Shown here one piece after another: positions 1 to 14,098 of a DNA stretch of 64,000 nucleotides (positions within the stretch are counted from its first letter, which is position 1; each line of letters opens with the position of its first letter). A program made the translations under genes and the position numbers. Under the pieces are notes generated by a model. That model saw only the letters and a program-made list of their open reading frames with translations, made no database searches and was not told the origin of the DNA. The DNA lies in the NCBI GenBank assembly GCA_046563655.1, contig CM102284.1, positions 7,626,001 through 7,690,000 of the forward strand, written 5' to 3'. The stretch comes from Yuukianura sp. NJ FZ-2021 (taxonomy: Eukaryota).

Positions 1-279
1 AAAGTTTGCGAATTTTGCCAATTTCGCAAATCAGGTGCGTCAGCTCTTCTTTCGCACTTTGCAAATTTGTCTAACAAGAACTCGACAAGATTCTCGTGTT
101 TCAGTTGACATCTTCTTCTTTGTCGGCAGAAGAAGATGATCAGCTAATTTGCAAAAAAAAATTTTTTTGCAAACTTTACAATTTGCAAATCACTTCCCTC
201 GTGCGTAAGTTCTTATCACCGTCATCGATTTTTTTCACTTTTGAACAAAAAGTATCACCATAACTGTCTAGTTTGAAAC
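1..279 (-). other. Possible kinase-like N-lobe exons (partial, runs off window start)
   Basis: Joining 279-194 to 143-1 across a 50-nt GT..AG intron gives GFKLDSYGDTFCSKVKKIDDGDKNLRTRE/LIIFFCRQRRRCQLKHENLVEFLL, which resembles kinase subdomains II-IV (VKK, RE, LxHENLV). The intron is short and no start codon was found. Confidence 0.25.
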
Positions 280-3203
280 CTTTTAGGTGTTAAGTTTAAT
301 AGAGATTGATTGACTTGGTGCGTGGAGGTTTAGAAATTGATATTTTGGCACGTTGTCTTTTTTGCACAAGAAGGGTGGGCCCTCAATTTGCAAATTCTGA
401 TAAGTTCATGCATTTTTGATGACCCCAGAACCCTCAAATTCCCAAGAGAATTTTGGTTCTAGAACAGAAGCTTCTAGGTTTTCAATATTTAACAGGACAG
501 GGGACAGAAACGAAGATAACGCCAAATACCCGGGTGACAAAAAATTCGCCAAAATACCCGGGTAAAAATGGCAACATTTTTGCACATAAGGATAAGTACC
601 AAAACAGACATCCGATTCTTCATTGTCTGTCACACCCACTTTTACAGTTCTCTCTTTTTCCTATAGTTTATGTAGCGAAAGACTTTTACTTTTTTCATGA
701 TGTGCGAAAAAAAAAACTGTGCCAATCCGATTACAAGATCTTCGAGATGTGGCAAAAATTTCAGAAAAGGCGAATTTTTTTCTCCAAGACTTTTTTAAGA
801 ACTTACCGCCCGCCCCGTTCCCATAAAAACTTTTTATGCCCATAACACATTTCTTTGAAATTGAAAAGAAAGTTACATTCATTTTTTGAAATTTCAAAAA
901 AGTGAGAAATTTTAAAGATGAAGTCATCTTCTCCTCTTCCTTTGATCTTTTTTAAACCTTGTCTTAACATGTCCAAGTCAATTTCAAGAACTAAATTGAA
1001 ATGGAAGTTTCCAAATGGAATTGGAAGGTCATGGGCAAGGTCAAAGATAAAAACGAGTGACCTCCTAAGCGTCAATCTTGTGTGACCTTTGACCTCTAAA
1101 AGAAGGAAGTGAGTGAAAAGCTGTATTTGTTGAAGTGTTGCTGTATCTTAAGCCTTAAGACATTTGTAAGTAAGTAACTCCCTGGATAATTGCCGTTCTC
1201 TGGTACATAAATCATCATTCTTCTGCCAGTTGAGCAGGCAGACGGACAGACGCTTTATGTCTTGATCTTCCGCATGCAGTCAGCAACGTCCTTGGAGATT
1301 AATTTTTTAGTAAAAAAAATTCAAAATTTCAGCTTTAAAAAAAAACAACAAAAAACAGAAACTGCTCAAACTGAAAACTGAATTAGTAAATAGTCAATGC
1401 TAAAGAAACTGTGACAGAATTACAATTAGACTGAATTTTAAAGAATCAATTTCAAATGGCAGGAAATTAATTTCTGAAAATTTTGAAACTGTCTGACATG
1501 TAAGAGAAGATTCATTTCGTAATCCTTTTTAATTTTCCTTTTAATGTGCAACACTTCATAAAATCTGAACTTTGATGTCTACAATATTGCAAAACTACCC
1601 AAAATTTTCGAAATTTCACATTCAACACATCAGAATTGAAATTAGACAAGTTCTGTTTTCGTTACCTGAAAAAGACTAAAATAAAAAAATTAACGTCTTA
1701 CTCTCACATTCTTCGGCACAGATTTTCCAGAACGTGCCTTTTCACAGTTTTCGAAGCACAAATTTTATTACAGCGACTTTATTACGTTGAGGTCACAGAG
1801 GTCAACTGAATCCAAAGACCTCAGGCAGATGAACTATGCACTGGAATGATTGTGTGAAATTTGGAAAATTGGTTTCAAAATGAATGTAATTGCTGTATGA
1901 AACATTGAATTTCGTTTGATTCCTGTTCTTTTGAACCACAGTGTATAATTACCACTTTTTACAACAGCACTTACAGCACACAATGTTGACACTTGAGGAA
2001 AGTATGACAAACAAGGAAGTTTGTTGACGCAAATTCTAACTTCTTGTGACCGATAATTACTCAATGAATGGATTTTCGGTTGTACCAATGGACTTATTTT
2101 TTCAAATTTCAGTTTTGGAGTGACTTTTTAAAATTTTGCGTCAGAATGCGTCAAAGTCCAAGGCACATGCTTGAATTTTTATGAAATGGAAAATCACTAT
2201 TTTGAAAACTTAACAGCAGAAAGTGGTGAATGGCTGAGCTCTGGAGCTCTACTGTCCTCAATTCCAGAAGTCTCTCAAACGCCCGCACTTTTTAATACTA
2301 GAAGAAGAAAGCAGGCGGGTATTCTAGAGAAGGCAGGCGGGTATCTTCAGTGGGCCAAATGCGGAGAATTCCGTTTTTATGACTACTATAGTAGGCCTAG
2401 CCTAAGTTGAGCCGATTCCGAACTAAAGTTTCAGTTTCACAGGAACTGTGCTGCTATACTGGTAGGAATTTAGCCATTGATTTTTCTATGCCAAAAACTT
2501 ACCCACTAAACTGGATCCCCCTGTGCCTCTCCTGGAAAGAGGAAGTGAGCACAGAGCATTTGAGGAACAAAAGGATCTTCCAAACACGATTTTCATAAAG
2601 TTTTGCGGTTTGCGTTTTTCCAAAAATTTTGAAGTCTTTCAATGTCAAGTGTCTAATGAAGTGATTCGAAAAGTTAGATTTTTGGTCATTAAAAATTTCA
2701 AAAGAGGCTTTGTCCTCACTCAATTTCAAACTTTTTTAATAACAGACTTTTAGAAGAAAAAATCGGAACGTCTAATTAAGTTCTCCCTAAAACAACAATA
2801 AGCTGCAGTTAATGTTCATTGATTGTCCAAATTCATGTTCAAATTAAAGTTAACTTTGTTGAGAGTCGATTGGAGAAGGAGAAGGAGATGGCAGCGATAG
2901 TTAATTATAGTTTGTCTCTTTTTACGAGGAACTTTTCAAATTAAAAAAGAAATCTTGCCTTATACATAGAAATTATCAATTTTTTTGAAATTTTGAATAC
3001 GAAGGTAATGGAGAAAGTGGTTTAAACTGAATTTTTCCATAGGCGAAAGTGGAAGCGGAAGAAAAAAATCAACGAAACCAAAATATTGATTAAGTTGCAT
3101 AAATTATGTTCTATAAATTATTATTATAACGGAATAAAATAATATATATAAATATTTAGTAGTGCGACCATGTAAATAATAATTTAATTCAAAACAGGAA
3201 AAC

Positions 3204-3371
3204 AGTGAGTGTCGGTTTCTAGCAAGTCGCAGTGTGATTTGCGTTGATTTTTGCGTGTCGTGCAGACTGCTATCCAAAAAGTGGACCCTCTCGATTTTGG
3301 CCGGATGCTATGCGGGGATTATGCGGAACAAAAAGGTTCACCTCTTTTTTCAACTTTTTTGTGACGTCACT
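3204..3371 (+). repeat. Dispersed repeat copy A (about 170 bp), probable transposon remnant
   Basis: AGTGAGTGTCGGTT...TGTCGTGCAGACTGC...TATGCGG.GATTATGCGGAACAAAAAGGTTC...TGACGTCACT recurs in reverse complement at 10881-11054. Confidence 0.8.
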
Positions 3372-3486
3372 CACTTCAACTTTGTAACGTCACTCACTTC
3401 AACTTTGTAACGTCACTCACTTCAACTTTGTAACGTCACTCACTTCAACTTTGTAACGTCACTCACTTCAACTTTGTGACGTCACT
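3361..3486 (+). repeat. 23-bp minisatellite, 5 copies plus a partial
   Basis: Unit GT(A/G)ACGTCACTCACTTCAACTTT starts at 3361, 3384, 3407, 3430 and 3453, with a partial at 3476. Confidence 0.95.
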
Positions 3487-3999
3487 TATCTCGGCATTCC
3501 TTTTCTATAAATAACAAGCAGGAAAAAAATTTATTTTTATTTGGCGTCTACTTGTAGCAGCAAAAATTTCGAATTAAAATTGAATCCTGTGCAAGAACTG
3601 ATGCGGGTTTTTGTTTTCAATCTAAATTTTAAAAAACACTGTCAAGTATAACTTTAGTTTTTGAAAAACTCATAAGAAATGAAGGAAAGTTGTTTAGAAC
3701 TGCTTGAATTTCAAAGTTTTCAAGGAATTCCTTTGTCGGATGTGCTTTTATTGTTCTGAAGTGCGTGCGGGTTAGGTTGGCAAATCATTTTATGCAAATA
3801 CTAAAATTCATCATTGCAAAAAGGGGAAATTGCGCTTTCACTTTTCTAATTTAGAGTGAAAGCGGCTTAGTACTAAAAGTAAAGTGAAAGTAAGTAAAAG
3901 ACAAACACCCAAACTAATTAATTCTTGAGACAACTCAGACTTAAAACTTGTCGGGATTACTTTTGAAAAGGTGAGGGGTGACGGGGTCAGAGGTCAAAT

Positions 4000-4414
4000 T
4001 TACTTTCGACCGAATCGGAGATGCCCGTAGTCATCGAAATCTTTAGATTGACGTTTTCCAAACCGCATGTGACCATAGTCATCGTACTGACGCTTCTGCA
4101 ACGTCGCTTCATCGTCAATGAACAGATCATCGTCCTCTGCTGCATTATTGTTGACCTGAGAAATGCAAACAGGATTTAGAAAAAAAAACTTTTTCAATCA
4201 AGTTTTCAAAATTTTAAGAAACTTTTCAAAAAATGTTGTCCACCCCGCCGTTATGCAGGATACGATAGAGTCTGCTAGCTGCTGGACCAAGGACTCTGAC
4301 CTTCTTCGGTAACTGTTGCGCTGAGGTCGCTGATTCTGCGCAGATGAACGGAATTAAAGCAGCGATTGTTGAGACAAACAGGATCGACGCAATCAAACTC
4401 GTTCTGGCCTCCAT
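4000..4414 (-). CDS. SK: Sulfakinin neuropeptide precursor (2 coding exons: 4414-4244, 4155-4000)
   Basis: Signal peptide [26 protein letters not shown], then [31 protein letters not shown]. These are two DYGH(M/L)RFamide peptides with dibasic cleavage sites and amidation glycines. Confidence 0.97.
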
Positions 4415-5298
4415 TTTCAAAAAATTTCTTCCTTTTTCAAAATTTTCAGAATTCTGAAATGAAAAGAAGGTGTTTAGGGTTCAGCGTTTTTAGAAAAACT
4501 AAAGTAAAATATTTAATCCAAACTTACTTTTATATCCAGCGGTGACTTTTTAACACAACCTGCTTTGAATAAGTTAAATCCCTTCAGCGCTTGCTTTTGA
4601 CGCAAAACAAAAGCAAAAATTGGCAATTCCAAAGTATTAGCATAAGAAATTGAAGATGAGTGACAGGTCAGGGAGGGTCACACCGTTGACAAAGAATCTC
4701 ATGGGACATGGACACTTTTTGTGTCCACTTTTCCAGCCCTAGAAGCGTCTTTCCAGCGCTACAAGATTGAATATTCATGGCAGCCATCAAGTGTACAGGC
4801 AACCACAACTGAAAAGTTCCTTGAGGCGCCTTCGCATCTTCCCCCCTGGGGAAAAGTTATGCAAAACCCATTTTTTCCGGCACAACTTTATTCAATTAAG
4901 GGAACCTTCCAGGGCAGCCGTGGTGCGAATGGGAAGCTTTTTGTTTCTATTTTAAGAACACCGCGGCGGTGTTCATTTTGGTGGAAACGAACAAAAGTTT
5001 TCCGGTCGAGAGAGCTTTTAAGCATAGTGCATGTCCAAAGTGGTTGAACAATTCTAATTTACTATTGTTCGACTAGAACGTTACGACAAAATTTACAGAT
5101 CTAAAGCCAAGTAGTGGACAAGAATCGAAATTTTGAAACAATGCAATGTTTTGGTGAAATAATACTTTAGCAAGGAAAAACTAAATGCAATTTGACAGAA
5201 AAGGAGCGCGTTGTTCGGTTTTTGAAGCGTTGACTACTAAAAACAGCGGAATTTGAACTAACATTTGCTAAGTTGAGATGAAATAGAGAGGTAGAAGT

Positions 5299-7320
<2,022 letters not shown>

Positions 7321-7808
7321 GTTAATCAGTAATCGTTATCGATAACAAGAGGAAAAAGCACTGCTGAAAAGTAGAAACGAGAATGTTCCCAACTTCCAGA
7401 AGGAAATGAATCACGCAGAAGTGGGATGAGAGGAACAGGATGAAGTTAATTGACTAATTAATTGAACAATTTAAGTCCCTAATCACAATTTAAAACTTAA
7501 ATTTAAACTTTTTGCTCCAATTAAAAATAAGTTCATGAAATGTTAGTAATGTAAATTCTTCGCCAGCCAAAAAAAAAGTTATTCAGATTAAAATTCTATT
7601 TTTAAAATGATTTTGAATTTCCTTTCCGCCACTGAATAAAAAAAATCTCAGAGTGACACGGGCGTTAACTGCTCTGAATAATTAAAATAATTAACAAAAT
7701 TGTATAAAATCATATAAAAATAATCAAACTATATAAAAAAATATAATATTTTAAATTACATGGTACATAATTGAGATTTATTGGTACGTTTTAACACGTT
7801 TTCAGTTT

Positions 7809-10347
7809 TCAAGGTTTGGCTCCTCCTCCTCCTCCTGAACCTGAAGTGAATCACACAAACCAATTTGTATCATTAATATTTATATTATATAAGTATATTG
7901 TATAAATATATATTTGACCTTACCCCGTCCACGACCTTTGCCCTTGAAAACTGACAAGATCAGGTTTTGACCTCGAGCGCCAGAAGGAGGTCCCTGTTTC
8001 CCCTGAGATCCAGTAGTTCCATAAACTAAGGCGGTGGCAGCTTGAGCCTTTTCGTATGCCGTTGACATGCGAGACCGATGGCGACTTCTTGCTGGAACTC
8101 CAGAGTGTGACATTGTGGATTTTTGACGATCTTGATCTTTATTACGTGCCGGTTCGCTATGAAGTGTTGTTAAGGGGCTGCCACAAGTAGGACGAAAGGG
8201 ACACTCTTCCACATGACGATTAGTGTCCAAATCTAGTTGCTGGAAGGCATCCGTGTCTCGATTGTAAAAGTAGTTAAAGTTGGCCACGATTACTGGAACG
8301 GGCAGGGCAATCGTCAATACTCCGCTAATGGCACAAAGAGCTCCAACAATCCTTCCGGCAAATCCAGTTGGAACCAAGTCACCGTATCCAATTGTTGTCT
8401 AAAATGGTGCAGAAGGTAAGGTTTTAGTTAAACTAAAGTTAACTTAAGTCAAAGTCAATTGTGCAGATTTGGATTACCATTGTGATAATGCCCCACCAAA
8501 AGGCATGTGGGATTGAGTGGAAGACGCGGACGGGTTCATTGAATTCTGCAAAGTACATTGCTGACGAAAACAAAACGATTCCAATGCCGAGAAAGAAAAT
8601 GAGCAGCCCAAGTTCACGCATTGAGGCTTGCAGCGTTTTGCCCAAAATCTTGAGTCCCTTGGAGTGTCTGAAAATGGCAAAGGTCACGGATTATGTCAAA
8701 GGTCAAATTATGAATCAAAAATTTAATTAACCTTGATAATTTGAAAATTCGGAACACTCGAACAAGTCGAATTACTCTTAGAACTGTCAATGTGGATCCC
8801 GGTGTGTTTCCCTTACGCAAACCTAAATTAAAAACAATCAAAATCAATCGTAGTTAACCAAAAATGTAATTCTTACCTGAGTTTGCACTCTGATCTTGTA
8901 CGCCGAAAGCAACGAATTGGAAGAAAAACGGCACAATCGCAACGAGGTCAATGATGTTGAGAATATTTTTGACAAATTTGATTTTGCTTGGTGAAGATAG
9001 AAATCGCATGAGAAGTTCCAGACAAAACCAGAAGACACAAATCGTTTCACAGAGGAAAAAGGAATCCCAGATGCCTTTGCGATTGACGATTCTCAAATCT
9101 CGTGGTTTGTTGAACGCTGGCAGCGTTTCTATGCAAAACAGCAGAATTGAGTAGAGGATGATAAAGATGGAAATTATGGAGACGATGCGCGCTTGTTTTG
9201 AACTCTCAGGGTACTCCAGTAGAAGCCAAATTTTTCGTAGATACTATCAAAATCAAAAATTCAACATTCAATTTTTTTTCAATTCATGAAAAAAAAATGT
9301 CGTACCAAATTTTTTGGCAAAGGTTTGTCATCGTCTTTGACAATTCCTTCATCTTCCAGGTAAGTTTTCATCACGTCTGTACCGAGGTCAAAGAATCGTA
9401 GCTCGTTTTCAAAAATTTTGAAGGGAACACCGGACGGACTAAAATGAAAACGAAATATTTTAGTGAAAAACGTAGTGAAAAATACGCGTCGTTTTTAATC
9501 TGTTTTGTAAACTTACCGGTTGAGGACACCACCACTTTGATAGTAGTACAAAATGGCTTCGAAGCATGTCCGATGTCGATCGAAAAAGTACTCGTTTCGT
9601 TTCGGATCGAAGTAGCGAAGTCGTCGTGTCGGATCACCTGAAATGAAATGGAGATTAGCTGACTGACTGATGATACAAATGATGGACAATACCTAAAAGT
9701 GTGTTTGGAAACTTCTTCAGTGTCCTAGCTTGCGTTTGATACCGATAACCAGAGACATTGATCGTGATGAGATTGCAGTCGTAGCTGTTGTGTACGATTC
9801 CAGGACCACCAACTTTCCGAATGTGGCGCAACAACTGTCGTTTCCGATGGACTGCAGCTTTCTGTCGAACTTGCTCTTCATTCAAATGTGGTTTCGCCTT
9901 GAGTTTGTATGACCACTTCTGGAATCTACCCCACTCTGGCCGGTAAGCTGGAATATACATACAGTCAACGTAGAAGTTCACAAAGTGATGAAACAGTTGC
10001 TTCCAGAAGTGGACAAACGTTTTCTTCGTTCCCGTGCAGGTCAATTCGGCTCGAATCTTGGGCCATTCACGCTTTAACTTTTCACAAACTCCGGTTGGTT
10101 TTTTGGCTACATCGTCTGAGTCTCCAGTACTTCCGGAATGTTGACTTTCTCTACTGTCGCTGGAAGCATTGCTGGCCGCATCATCGTCCGCTTTTTTCGA
10201 TGTTTCTTTTTTGGGAGGTTTATTGTCCCGAAGTTGCTGTTCTACTTGCTCGTGGCCGAACCCGGGTAGTGGGTTTGGATTACGACGGAACCTGTTCCTG
10301 GCTTCGTCATCGTTCTTCTTCTGCCCTTGGGCAGGCTTGCTTGCCAT
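7809..10347 (-). CDS. Shaker/Kv1-family voltage-gated potassium channel, divergent and compact
   Basis: T1 domain ([33 protein letters not shown]), S4 [23 protein letters not shown]4-S5 [16 protein letters not shown], pore WWGIITMTTIGYGD, S6 [20 protein letters not shown]. The last exon [10 protein letters not shown] is inferred. Confidence 0.92.
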
Positions 10348-10880
10348 CCTCGTAGTGCTGCTCCAGAAATCTAGTCAAGCAGAAGTATGAAACATAAGAG
10401 TTGAAGCGGATCGCAGTTCTTTTAAGTACTGACGAGATGATGTGTAAAACGCTAACACGCAAAAACTGGAAGATAACGCTTACGATTATATTACGATTAT
10501 ATACGACTACGATTATATTTTATAGTTACTAGTTTTGCTGTTTTATGTATTAATTGATGACTTACCGAAATTTGATGACAAGAAACTAGGCCAAGCACAG
10601 CTCGTTTCTAGTCCCACTTTGAAAGTACTGTTGCACTGACGACGTTTTCCAAATCCCGTTAGCAATTAAAACCTTTGTCAAATTAATTAATTGCAAGTTA
10701 CAATTAATTAATTAGTTACTAGATACTTGCAAATTGTAATTACATGCGAAATAAGAAATTACTATAAATTGCAAGAATGAGAAGAGAAGAACAAAGAATT
10801 AAATTTTGCAACTTTTCAAATTCAAAAATTTCCCGCCACTGCCTTCCAACGAAAAAGAGTGACGTCAGATTCCTTACATT

Positions 10881-11054
10881 AGTGACGTCATCAAAAAAAT
10901 TTGAAAACAGACGAGAACCTTTTTGTTCCGCATAATCTCCGCATAGGATCAGGCAAAAATCGCGCGGGCTTCCTGTTTGGATAAGCAGTCTGCACGACAT
11001 GCAAAAATCAACACATATGTCTCTTCTGTGACTTTGTAGCAACCGACACTCACT
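10881..11054 (-). repeat. Dispersed repeat copy B (inverted relative to 3204-3371)
   Basis: Reverse complement aligns with 3204-3371 with scattered substitutions and indels. Confidence 0.8.
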
Positions 11055-11594
11055 ATTCTCTTATTTTTGCATTTTGCATCATGAATTCGGCCATTCAATT
11101 ACAGTTGGAAGATTGTGATTGTGAAGCATCGTTTCATCTCAGTAGTCGCAGAAAATTATGCAAAAAAGATCCAGTTTCAAAATTTGGTGGATTCTCGAAA
11201 ATTTTTGAAGTTCTGGGAAAAATCATTTGTTGCCACTACTACTGAGACTAACTAACTCACTACCTGCATACCGTGTAAAAATAAACTTTATTTTTCCGGC
11301 ACTCTTTCCCATTAGAATACACTATAGAGAAAGCGGGGTGTTTGAATTTTAAAAATTTTCAGAAAAAGAGAAGTTTATTTTAGAATTTCTGATTTCAGAA
11401 TCCAGAATCCGGGCAGAGGCAGAGGAACATTCGGTTTTTGGTCACTTGCGGATTGCGGTGTGAATTCGGCAAAAGAGGTAAATCGCTGAGGTCAAGTCAT
11501 AGGTCATTCCTTGAAGAATCCACTCGAATTTAGTCAGGAACAGCTGAGCCGGTTGTAAGTTTTAAATCGATTGTAGATATTTGGAGATTTGGAC

Positions 11595-13521
11595 ATGGCC
11601 GCCCTTCAACCCGCAGCCACTTCTTACATTCGATCAGGATTGGTAAGTACGATTAATTGGAAGTGAACTTTAGAAAGTACACACAGCTGACTGAGTAGTG
11701 AATGCCGAGATTAATGATTCATTTGATTCTGAATAGGTTCTGAGACAGTGTGGACGGACATATGCAGCAGCAGCTGCTCAACCTAAACATGAAGCGGAAG
11801 GTGAAGCCAGGCCAAAGTTCACGTTGATTCCGAGAGAACCCGTGAAGACGACGTGCGTTGGGACTAACATTACGGTGTCGTCCATTGAAACGAACGGGGC
11901 TGTTGCAAGACTTGCTGTGTTTTTTAGGTTAGCAACAATTCATTATCATTACGAATGGAAGAAGTTGTGTCTTTCGTTACTAAAACGCTGTAATTTCTTT
12001 TACTTTAGGGCTGGATCACGCCACGAACCAGAAGGATCCACTGGTGTCGCCCATGCACTTAGGATTTTCGCTGGTCTTGGAACAACTGGAGCTTCCCAGT
12101 TTGGTATTACACGGAATATTCAACACAAGGGAGGCAACCTTGTGTGTACTTCTGGACGAGAGCACACTGGATACATTCTTGAAGCTACTCGAGATAAGAT
12201 GTAAGGCTAAGGCATGCTAATCAATTTCCAGTGATATTCGAGTTGTTTGAACCTCAATATTCTTTATAGTCATGCATTGGAACCGTTTCTGATCGACACC
12301 TCAACGCACCAAGCCTTCAAGCGATGGGAGCTAGGAGATCACTTGTCTCGCTTGAAGCTGGATCGTATTATCCGCCCACCGGAAGTTCGGTTGCTAGAAC
12401 TTCTTCACAAAGCAGCATTTCGGAACGGACTTGGAAATGCAATGTACACTCCGAAGTACATGGTTGGAAAACATACATCCAAAATGGTCAGTCCTTGACA
12501 TTTTTGGCAACATGAGGAATTAGTTAGATAAATTGAAATATTTTTTATCTACTAGCTACAAAACTTCGTGAACGAGAACTTTGGAATCGCCAGCGTCGTT
12601 GCAATTGGGCTGCCGCATGAACAAGTCGTTGAATTTGCTGGACGACTTACCTTACCGAAGAAGAATGCCGAAATTATACCACAGAGGTACTATGGTGGGC
12701 AGATTCGGAAGGAAAGTGCGGGTGACTTTGCGTATGTCGCCTTGGCCGTGGAAGGAAAAGGGTAATAAGCCAGATTCGTTCAAGTTTGGATCTTGCAAGT
12801 CTGAAATTTTAATTGAAATTGACTTTCATTTGCAGATCCAACAATCCAAAGGACATGATTACTGGAGCCGTAATTCACCGAATGTTGGGATCCGGTCCAC
12901 GCATCAAGTATGGAAACATCAAAGGCGCTCTTCACTTGGCTACGCGAACACCTAAGGAAAGTGTTGCTTCTGGATTCAGCGTTAGTTACACCGATGCTGG
13001 TCTCATCGGGGCATACTTGGTGGCTAGTCCATGCTGCATCGAACTTGTAAGTACTTAACTCATTAATCGATTAATCCTGGCCCTTAACGACTCGTAAGTG
13101 CCCAGGCTTCGACAATTTATGGTTCATTTTTGTTTGCAGGCGACAAAGAAAGCGGCTGAGATCCTTCGAGGTGGTGCACTTAGTGAAGACGATCTAAAAC
13201 GAGCAAAATCTGCGCTGAAGACGGACTTGGCTATTGCACTGGACACTGACGAAAGTCAGCTTGAAGACATGGCTCTACAGAGTCTTCATTACAAGAGAGT
13301 TACACCAGTAGAAGAAATCCAAAAAGTAGTAGACAGTGTTACCCTTGCCGATGTTAAGAAGGTACTTTCATGATGCGCTTAAATTCATTGATTTTTCTTA
13401 GTTTCAACTTGAAACTAAATGTTGACTGTTCATTGACTTTCAGATCCTAGGAGGAGGAAAGTTATCCATGGCATCCTATGGACCTATTTCCAAAGTACCC
13501 TACTTGGATGAACTCCAATAA
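11595..13521 (+). CDS. UQCRC2: Cytochrome bc1 complex core protein 2-like (M16 family, non-catalytic), multi-exon
   Basis: Mitochondrial-type presequence (..RQCGRTYAAAAA), RAGSRHE..GVAHALR, GITRNIQ..GG.L..TSGRE, LELLHKAAFRNGLGN, YYGGQIR, SYTDAGL. C-terminus KLSMASYGPISKVPYLDELQ*. Confidence 0.9.
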
Positions 13522-14098
13522 GCAAACAACTTCCAGTGTTTTAGCACTTCAAAACAATGAAACCACTGCCCCACTTTAGAAATCCCAATTTATCTTAGGG
13601 GTTCGGTTGTAAATTCATCAAAATAATAGCCTAATCTTATGCGCAAAATAAACCAAAACTGTTTACTGATACAACAGGCAGAGAACGGTAAACAATCAAC
13701 GTTTTCATTGCATTTTTGAAGTCCTCAGATGTGGAGCCGTCCTAAAATCCATAAAAATGATGACTCAAAGAGTTATAAAAAAGAACTATTAGATTTATAA
13801 TTTAATTGCAGCTTAGCAGTTTCATCATGAAATTAAAAACGCCTATTGCTTTACTCTTTTCCAACTCAACAAGAGAACTTTTTGCTATTTTTGAAAAGTG
13901 CAAGGATGGATGAGATGAGTCATAGAAGACAGCAATTCACGAAACTTGGATTGACGTAATCGTTATCTGCTTCGTGTCTTATTCGTCTCTCGACTCGTGT
14001 ACTTTACCAAATACATAAGGAAGTTGGCCAACAAGTGGGGTTTGTTGGGGATGGGGTTTTATACTTAGTACGTACTGAATTCGTCCAATCGTCCTTCA

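Noticed and set aside
406-2753. Several short ORFs and a small GCCAAA(A)TACCCGGGT duplication (about 521-563)
   Set aside because: No recognisable motifs or consistent splice model. The sequence is AT-rich and low-complexity, probably non-coding or decayed repeat.
3361-3486. CRISPR-like appearance of short repeats
   Set aside because: The units are head-to-tail with no spacers, the context is eukaryotic, and there are no cas genes.
7337-7344. TATCGATA (DRE-like) near the SUCLA2 start
   Set aside because: A single 8-mer only about 17 nt from the ATG, probably in the 5' UTR. Not enough support.
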